Source: Eledone cirrhosa
Taxonomy: Eukaryota
Reading direction: 5' to 3'
Length of the DNA stretch: 64,000 nt
Assembly: GCA_964016885.1 (NCBI GenBank)
Contig: OZ024740.1
Coordinates: 311,550,001-311,614,000, forward strand
Below are positions 55,189 to 64,000 of the stretch, one piece after another. A program made the translations under genes and the position numbers. A model generated the notes under the pieces. That model worked only from the letters and a program-made list of their open reading frames with translations. It was not told where the DNA came from and did not search any database. Numbering within the stretch: the stretch's first letter is position 1; every line of letters begins with the position of its first letter.

Positions 55189-55477
55189 TCTATATATATA
55201 AAACTGATGTTGTCTGTGTGTCCTCATTTTTGCAAAGTCTGTACAAATCCACATTTCTACTCCGATTGACTTCAAACTTGCATTTATATATTCCTTGCGG
55301 TCTAAAGATATTAACTGTCGCGTTTTTTTTTTTAGTTTTCTGTTGTTAAAGGGTGTTAGGCGCCGGTTATCCATCTCCGTCGCGCTCTTATAATATCTGT
55401 CTGTATGCCTGCCTGCCTGCATAACGTCATTCTAACGTATTATCTTTTCTACACTCACACACAGATACGCGCGCGCG

Positions 55478-55560
<83 letters not shown>

Positions 55561-55702
55561 TTCTCCGTATAAGACAAAAGCTGAAAAATATCTTTTGACC
55601 TTCGAATGACTCTGCTATACACACACACACACACACTTATCTTAATAGCCATTTGACACACATCGCTGCTGGCCATTGTCGCAGCATCGAACACCTTACT
55701 AC
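55189..55702 (+). mobile_element. Putative non-autonomous Helitron containing (CA)n
   Basis: A|TCTATATATATAAAACTG 5' end; degenerate 3' hairpin near 55660-55700. Confidence 0.45.
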
Positions 55703-55713
55703 TACTACTACTA

Positions 55714-55755
<42 letters not shown>

Positions 55756-56273
55756 TTGTTGTGAAAGAGTCATTTCTCAATCTTGGCGCAAAACCAATTT
55801 TTTATCCACATGACCTCTACCGACCAATCAAAATTGTTTTGACCAAGCATTTTTGCAACACAAAAATAACGCTGGAGCCACTTTTTTAACATAAAAACAG
55901 GTAGAATTCCCAAAACTAATCAGATCAGAGCAAACAGCACGGACACTCTATCTCAAAATTATTTTTGAAAAGCATTTAGAAATGCGCAACCGGTAAAAAC
56001 TTAAAAACTTAAAACCACAACTGAATACTAACCCATATAATCACTAATACTCTTTTATTCCTAATTAAACCATTTTTCAACTGTGAACAATTTGTCAGCA
56101 TTTTCTATTCCGTTTACCAATATATATATATATATATTGAAAGTGAGGTTTTTTTTACAAAATGAAAAATAACCGAGGTGTCCTACACGAGTGAAAGTAT
56201 AAAGAAAAAGAGATGAAATCGAAAATGCAACTGGAGTCTTATTTAAAAAAAATATATATATATTTATTTGGTT

Positions 56274-56311
56274 CCTTTACCGGTTTCGCAGTTCTTCTGC
56301 TTTTCAAAAGG
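56274..56311 (-). ncRNA. Minimal type I hammerhead with U3-A8 core
   Basis: cctt TTGAAAA gcag-aagaa-ctgc GAA ACCGGT A aagg: perfect stems I and II, palindromic stem III, GUA cleavage triplet. Confidence 0.65.
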
Positions 56312-56739
56312 TGAGTTGAGATGGAGGGTCTGTGGTTTTTCTCACATCTGGTTGGTCTCTGAATGTTACTTGTTTTATATGGAAAAAGTGGCTCGAAATG
56401 CCAGGTTTTTCGAGAAGTAATTTGATTGGTTTGTCAATAATTAAAATAAATTTCGCGCCAGATATATATACAGATACATTGTAGGTCGCTTTAACCCGTC
56501 TTTTATTATTAAAAAAACTTGTTGCCAATAAACATTAACACTTTGTGCGCCATTCATCTAACTCTAGACCAACAAATACCAAGTAAACGGAGCGTTGACA
56601 AGAACGATGGCAAATCAATATTCGGGGTAAGCAGTTTCCTCCCGAGTTGTTAGTTCACGCGGGATTCTTTGTTACACCTTTTCGCAATAATACCGAACAA
56701 CGTACTGCTGGTCACTCATTCCTCCAAAAGCCGTACAAA

Positions 56740-56829
<90 letters not shown>

Positions 56830-56955
56830 ATATATATGTATGTATATGCATAATTACATACAGAGTTATTTAATGTTTATTTTCATTGATTATTTGCTCC
56901 AGGATCTGTTGAGTGCTTTCAATCAGCTATAAATATTTATACCTTTATTTATTTA

Positions 56956-59370
56956 CTAGCAGTAAAGCCCGGCGTTGCTCGGGGTCGCTCAGTAGCTGTG
57001 TTAAAGTTACAATGTTAAGTTTCTTTTTTGGCTTAAAAACTGTAGTGTCTACTGTGCAGACTTGCATGTGGTGTTTTTGATTAATATTCCCTCAACCAAC
57101 AATATGCCTTATGAAGTTAAGAAAACATAACGATAACCCGAATGTTATAACAAAAGAGGAAATATTTGCTTGTTTTACGTAGTCTTTAAATAGACTTGTT
57201 TTCAAGTAAAAAATATTGTTTTAAAAGGCTTTTAAATGGAAATGAAGCAAAACGGAAGCTTAGTGTTCGAACTGATGAATTTTGCAGGTCAAAATTTTGC
57301 TGGCTCGACAACTGTTCGTGTATTGTGTTAATGTCATTTTAAACGCTGAGAAAGCCAGCGTAATTTTTTTAATTTTTGCACGCAGAAAATGTAAACAGAA
57401 CGTAAGACGCTCAATGTAAACAGAACAAAGGGAAATAACTCGTCACTTACGCTCAAAAATCGATACATTAGATTCGATTTCGTCACATAGGGTGGGTCAA
57501 TTTGAAATATTTTTTTTCCGATGTCTTCGCTAGGGCTCAATGTACAAGTATAGCAATTTCGGTGCAATTCCGTCAGAGATTCTAAGAGATGTGTGCCAAA
57601 AATCGATAGACAGACAGACAACCACAGCTTTATATATATAGAACAAAGGGAAATAACTCGTCACTTACGCTCAAAAATCGATACATTAGATTCGATTTCG
57701 TCACATAGGGTGGGTCAATTTGAAATATTTTTTTTCCGATGTCTTCGCTAGGGCTCAATGTACAAGTATAGCAATTTCGGTGCAATTCCGTCAGAAATTC
57801 TAAGAGGAGATGTGTGCCAAAAATCGATAGACAGACAGACAACCACAGCTTTATATATATAGATGTACAAGTATAGCAATTTCGGTGCAATTCCGTCAGA
57901 GATTCTAAGAGATGTGTGCCAAAAATCGATAGACAGACAGACAACCACAGCTTTATATATATAGAACAAAGGGAAATAACTCGTCACTTACGCTCAAAAA
58001 TCGATACATTAGATTCGATTTCGTCACATAGGGTGGGTCAATTTGAAATATTTTTTTCCGATGTCTTCGCTAGGGCTCAATGTACAAGTATAGCAATTTC
58101 GGTGCAATTCCGTCAGAGATTCTAAGAGATGTGTGCCAAAAATCGATAGACAGACAGACAACCACAGCTTTATATATATAGAACAAAGGGAAATAACTCG
58201 TCACTTACGCTCAAAAATCGATACATTAGATTCGATTTCGTCACATAGGGTGGGTCAATTTGAAATATTTTTTTTCCGATGTCTTCGCTAGGGCTCAATG
58301 TACAAGTATAGCAATTTCGGTGCAATTCCGTCAGAAATTCTAAGAGGAGATGTGTGCCAAAAATCGATAGACAGACATACAACCACAGCTTTATATATAT
58401 AGATGTACAAGTATAGCAATTTCGGTGCAATTCCGTCAGAGATTCTAAGAGATGTGTGCCAAAAATCGATAGACAGACAGACAACCACAGCTTTATATAT
58501 ATAGAACAAAGGGAAATAACTCGTCACTTACGCTCAAAAATCGATACATTAGATTCGATTTCGTCACATAGGGTGGGTCAATTTGAAATTTTTTTTTCCG
58601 ATGTCTTCGGTAGGGCTCAATGTACAAGTATAGCAATTTCGGTGCAATTCCGTCAGAAATTCTAAGAGGAGATGTGTGCCAAAAATCGATAGACAGACAG
58701 ACAACCACAGCTTTATATATATAGATGTACAAGTATAGCAATTTCGGTGCAATTCCGTCAGAGATTCTAAGAGATGTGTGCCAAAAATCGATAGACAGAC
58801 AGACAACCACAGCTTTATATATATAGAACAAAGGGAAATAACTCGTCACTTACGCTCAAAAATCGATACATTAGATTCGATTTCGTCACATAGGGTGGGT
58901 CAATTTGAAATTTTTTTTTCCGATGTCTTCGGTAGGGCTCAATGTACAAGTATAGCAATTTCGGTGCAATTCCGTCAGAAATTCTAAGAGGAGATGTGTG
59001 CCAAAAATCGATAGACAGACAGACAACCACAGCTTTATATATATAGATGTACAAGTATAGCAATTTCGGTGCAATTCCGTCAGAGATTCTAAGAGATGTG
59101 TGCCAAAAATCGATAGACAGACAGACAACCACAGCTTTATATATATAGAACAAAGGGAAATAACTCGTCACTTACGCTCAAAAATCGATACATTAGATTC
59201 GATTTCGTCACATAGGGTGGGTCAATTTGAAATATTTTTTTCCCGATGTCTTCGCTAGGGCTCATTGTACAAGTATAGCAATTTCGGTGCAATTCCGTCA
59301 GAAATTCTAAGAGGAGATGTGTGCCAAAAATCGATAGACAGACAGACAACCACAGCTTTATATATATAGA
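56956..59370 (-). mobile_element. Helitron with 11 tandem copies of its 5' terminus
   Basis: One 3' end at 56956. The 5' motif (plus strand cacagctttatatatataga) ends at about 57642, 57863, 57965, 58182, 58403, 58505, 58725, 58827, 59047, 59149 and 59370. Confidence 0.88.
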
Positions 59371-59831
59371 TTTGTCGATTTCCCAACTTTTTATTTATAT
59401 ATATATATATATTTATGTATTTATATATATGTATGTATGTAAATTTATTTATATATATATATGTGTGTGTGTATATATGTGTGTGTGTATATATATATAT
59501 ATATATGTGTGTGTATGTGTGTATATGTGTGCATATATATATACATATATATATATGTGTGTGTGTATGTATATGTGTGCATATATATATACATATATAT
59601 ATATATATGTGTGTGTATGTGCGTGCGTATGTATGTGTACGTACTTATACGTATGTGTGTATGTATGTGTATCTTTATATATAGTTTTTTTTATATATAT
59701 GTTTTTTATATATGCGTAACATTTTTTGTATATATATGTAGAAGTTATATTTAATTTGTTGGGATACAACAAGCAAATATTTTTATAACTGATATAAAGC
59801 ACTCAACACATTTTTGGAGTAAAAATACGAT

Positions 59832-60191
59832 ATATTAACAAATGGAAACTATATTTATAAAACCATATTTATTTCATTATACATATTTCAAGGACACCAA
59901 AGCAAATTATGGTGCGCTTTCATCAGATAAAATATAATATAGATCAGTTTTATAAACCAATATTGACATACCCTTAAAGAATGCGACAATGTCGGTTGGA
60001 AGCTCCCGGATATCCAGGAGCTTCCAACCGACATTGTCGCATTCTTTAAGGGTATGTCAATATTGGTTTATAAAACTGATCTATATTATATTTTATCTGA
60101 TGAAAGCGCACCATAATTTACTTTGGTGTCCTTGAAATATGTATAATGAAATAAATATGGTTTTATAAATATAGTTTCCATTTGTTAATAT
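59832..60191. repeat. 360-bp spacerless palindrome (180-bp arms, 2 mismatches seen)
   Basis: Centre ggat|atcc at 60011/60012; arms read as reverse complements. Confidence 0.97.
60089..60153 (+). ncRNA. Type I hammerhead ribozyme motif (mirror copy at 59870-59934 on minus)
   Basis: tattttat CTGATGA aag..cacca-loop-tggtg..ctt GAA ATATGTAT A atgaaata. Confidence 0.7.
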
Positions 60192-60205
60192 GTTGTATAT
60201 ATATA

Positions 60206-60442
60206 CTAGCAGAATGGCCCGGCGTTGCTCGGAATTTGCTCTAGGGTTCTTATATATTTGATATATATTTATCCTTATCGAGCCTCGTCAAATAAATGTG
60301 TTTGTTTATATGTTGTTACTGTGTATGCAAAAATATCTGTATACGAATATATATATATATATATATAGTAATAATAATAAATTTGAAGACTAAAATCCAG
60401 TTTCAGTTGTGTTAAATGAATTTATGTTATATTTTTATACAC

Positions 60443-60480
<38 letters not shown>

Positions 60481-60645
60481 GTAGGAGGTGAGTTTTATTG
60501 TAGTACAATAAAGCAATGCAGATATCGGATAAGAAGCACTCTACAATTTGTAGGACTGGAGTATACACAATATATAAGAACAAAAGATGGTTAAAAGAGT
60601 TTGCGCATAATAAAATACATGGAATTCTTTTAACCATCTTTTGTT

Positions 60646-60713
<68 letters not shown>

Positions 60714-62680
60714 CTGGAAAAATAGACATACCGCAGCAGGGTTTGTACCTACATAGGTGACCCCCTGTCTATTTGACTTTCGCCTGACCTAACTGAGGTC
60801 GTAGGTGAAAGGGATAGGATCAATCACTTTTTGACAGGACAAAGAAAACGTTTGTTGGAGCCTGTTTATGTCGTGGTTTTTGGTTCAATCCCTAATTTTT
60901 TTTATTCCTTACTGAAAGTACTTAATGAACCTGTGAACGTCCCTAGCAGTTAAGAATGAGAAATTGAATTGTTTCTGGCATGATTGTACTCTCGTCATTG
61001 TTAACGAAAACTACATTGAAACACGCACACACACACGTGTGTATTGACGGTAATACACACACACACACACACATGCTAACGGCGACATAACATTTACCGG
61101 TTATATATACTTTTCATGCTATATAACATCGTACTGGCTACATAGCCTTTTACCTGCTACATAGCTTTACCGGCTACATAATGAATACCGGCTACGCAAT
61201 TGATCTTGTTGTTTAAGGAAGTCTGCGAATAGTGTTTTAAAAAAGTATTTGTTAACTCACATGATGTGAAATGGAAGGGTAGTATTATCGCCATGAAGAT
61301 TAACAACCGAAAATGAAAATAATTCTGTCGTTTGATTTTACGATTGAAAGAAAATAATTGTCGCAAATTAGAATTTTTATTTGTTAATGAAGTGTGTATG
61401 TGTGGTTAGAAATCCGGCACGTGGTTAAATTGATTTAAAGTTTAATTATTCATTTGATGTGAGTGTGTGTTTGTATGTGTTTGCAAATAAATAAATTAGT
61501 TTGAAGACTCACATTTAGAATAAACGAAATTGTACGTTAATGTGGCTAATATTTTTGTTGTTTAGTCTGTAATGTGTATGAGTTGAAACAACGTTGCCTC
61601 GACCGCACCCTGTGATAATCGTGGCCTCAATCAGATTGGGAGATAAGGACTTAACGATCAAACGTGTGCCATTGCATTGTTTCGGTGGAACCAAATTTCT
61701 AATGAGCATTATAGGGGCACCAACTTTAAGTTTGAGAATGTGCGGTGGTAGTCGGGGGGGGGGGGGGGGGGCTCAAAAGAATTGTGTACCTCTATTGGAT
61801 AGTTGATGACGTCCTCTGGGTCAGGAGTTGTTTAGTATCCCCATGAAAATTAACAGCCGAAAATGAAAATAATTATGTCGTTTAAATTTACGATTTAAAG
61901 AAAAGAATTGTCGCAAATTATTAGTTTATTTTTTTAATGAAATGTGTATTTGAGGTTATAAATCCCGCACGTTGTTTAATTGCTTTAAATTTTTTTGATC
62001 AATTTATGTGAGTGTGTGTTTGTATGTGTTTGTAAATAAATCATTAAGTTTGAAGCAACTAAAAGTTAGTGTGGTTATAAATCACGCACGTTGTTTAATT
62101 GCTTTAAATGTTTTTTTATCATTTGAAGTGAGTGTGTGTTTGTATGCGTTTGGAAATAAATCAGTAAGTTTGAAGCAACTAAAAGTTAGACCGAGGAACG
62201 ATTGAAAAACATTGTAACTCACATTTTTAAAAGATGCGCGTAGCTGCTAACGGTGAATAAACCAAATTTAGAAAGTAGCAAAATGTGTGGGTTGTAGATA
62301 GAGGTAGCCAGATGATATGAGAGAGTAAAACGGACAGTATCACCATCAACATGAGCAATGTAAAATGAAAAGAATAATTTAGTTTCATTTTACGTGTTGT
62401 TTCAGCTTGGAAAGAGAAAGTAGCAGAAAGTATGAAGTTGTATAGATTTTGAATGGTAATGGAAAGAGGTGACCAGTTGAAATGAAAGAGGAATATCGTA
62501 AAATATTGAGTTTTATCGAATTTTTGCGTAATTGTGGGTGAAATTGAAAAAAATATATGTGCTATGACCCAATCGAAGCTATTTCGAATACTGAATTGTA
62601 AATTTCAATTGAAGAAATTCTATATCGTAGATTTCTATAACAAAGAAACGTGACCATACACTGAGCTTTATAGATTATGA
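60206..62680 (-). mobile_element. Composite Helitron remnant with Pif1-type helicase fragment
   Basis: 3' hairpin plus CTAG at 60206. 61590-61760 (-) encodes PPHILKLKVGAPIMLIRNLVPPKQCNGTRLIVKSLSPNLIEATIITG. The 5' limit is uncertain. Confidence 0.7.
60480..60655. mobile_element. Truncated fold-back copy of the hammerhead-bearing repeat
   Basis: Matches 62730-62850, followed by an inverted segment starting tgcgcataataaaatac. Confidence 0.7.
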
Positions 62681-62684
62681 TATA

Positions 62685-62731
<47 letters not shown>

Positions 62732-62855
62732 GTAAGAGATGAGTTTTATTGTAGCACAATAAAGCAATGCAAATATCGGATAAGTAGCACTCAACAGTTT
62801 ATAGGACTGGAGTATAAATAATATAAAATCAAAAGATGGTTAAAAGAGTTCCATG

Positions 62856-62926
62856 TATTTTATTATGCGCATTTCAAAAACAAATATCATCATGGGATGA
62901 TATTTGCGTTCTCATCAGATAAAATA
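62856..62926 (-). ncRNA. Type I hammerhead ribozyme motif with intact core
   Basis: tattttat CTGATGA gaacgcaaatatcatc-ccat-gatgatatttgttttt GAA ATGCGCAT A ataaaata: 8-bp stem I, ~15-bp stem II, palindromic stem III, AUA triplet. Confidence 0.8.
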
Positions 62927-63141
62927 GGGAGACATGATATGAAGCTTAAAAAACACTTGCGAGCAGTGAAGTATTAAATCAACATGAAAAATAAAATAAG
63001 ATGGATATATGAGATTGTGAAAAAAGGAAAGGAAGGGGGAAGGAAAAGGTAAGGAAGAGGAAGAAAGAATATAAGAAAAAAAAATAAGAAGAAAAGGATG
63101 ACGGAGGAGGAGTATAAGAAGGAAGGATGAGAGAGGAGGAG

Positions 63142-63187
<46 letters not shown>

Positions 63188-64000
63188 TTTAATACTGAGA
63201 AACGCTATCTCACAGAGAGAAATAAAAAAAAAACCGTTGTAAGATAATACATAATTTTAAAAAAATTTAGAAATTAAAAGTTAATGAGGTTTATGAATGG
63301 TAATGCTTATGATTAAAGAAAAAGGAATTAAGAATACTATTTATTTAAGGTTTATATATTGAAGGGTTTAATAATATGTGCGAAAAGGAATTTATTAAAA
63401 TGTATTATTAAAATAAAATATATTAAGGAGATAAGGTGAATGAAGAAAAGGTTAAATGAATTATGAACTTAGAGGAATTAGTTAGGGTCCAAGTTTGTTT
63501 CTATGTATTGTAATAGGAAAAAGTAAATAATAGGTTTAATACGAGCACGGAAGGAGAGAAGAAAGAAGAAAATTCAAGGAAGAAAAATATATAACGTAAA
63601 AAAAAATATGTTTACAAAATGTACTAGTATATATTAGTATATATTAAAAATAAAAATTTGTATGGCCGAGAATATAAGGAGAATGCTATAGTGAGTTATA
63701 ATATGAATTAAGAAGTAATTGAGAAGTAAACGTTGCAGATTAACGAATCGAAATTAAAAAAGAAAAAGGATAAAAAAGAAGAAAAATAGGGGACCGCTAA
63801 CGACATAGTATGAGTAAATTGTATAATATACTGAAATAAGGTAGAAAGATGGGTACATTTGTAAAAGATATAAAAGCGTTTGAGAAAAGAAAATTTTAAA
63901 CTAATTAGGTAGTAAGATATTAGCTGTATACTTTATGGAAAGTTCATGGGATTTATGCAAGCAGACCGAAAATAAATCCGTACGTCTATTTATTATAGAA

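Overview
AT-rich, repeat-dense animal genomic DNA. The SINE family, RTE tails and microsatellite content suggest a coleoid cephalopod such as Octopus (inference, not proven). A 200-N assembly gap lies at 19887-20086. The only host gene I can support is absent from the ORF track except for one exon: seven in-frame GT-AG exons on the minus strand (9739-19302) encoding the C-terminal half of a GLB1-type GH35 beta-galactosidase. Its conserved ENxGRxNYG loop reads ENQAHITFG. The rest is transposon debris (RTE, R4/Dong-like and CRE-like retrotransposons, mariners, hAT, pogo, Helitrons, tRNA-derived SINEs), microsatellites and a ~6 kb 41-bp satellite with a ~2.7 kb internal duplication. The most notable hidden signal is a set of seven type-I hammerhead-ribozyme-like motifs, mostly beside (TA)n tracts and resembling Penelope-like-element repeats. 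Two of them form the arms of a 360-bp near-perfect palindrome, and one carries a U3-A8 compensated core. All reading was done by eye, and TE boundaries are approximate.
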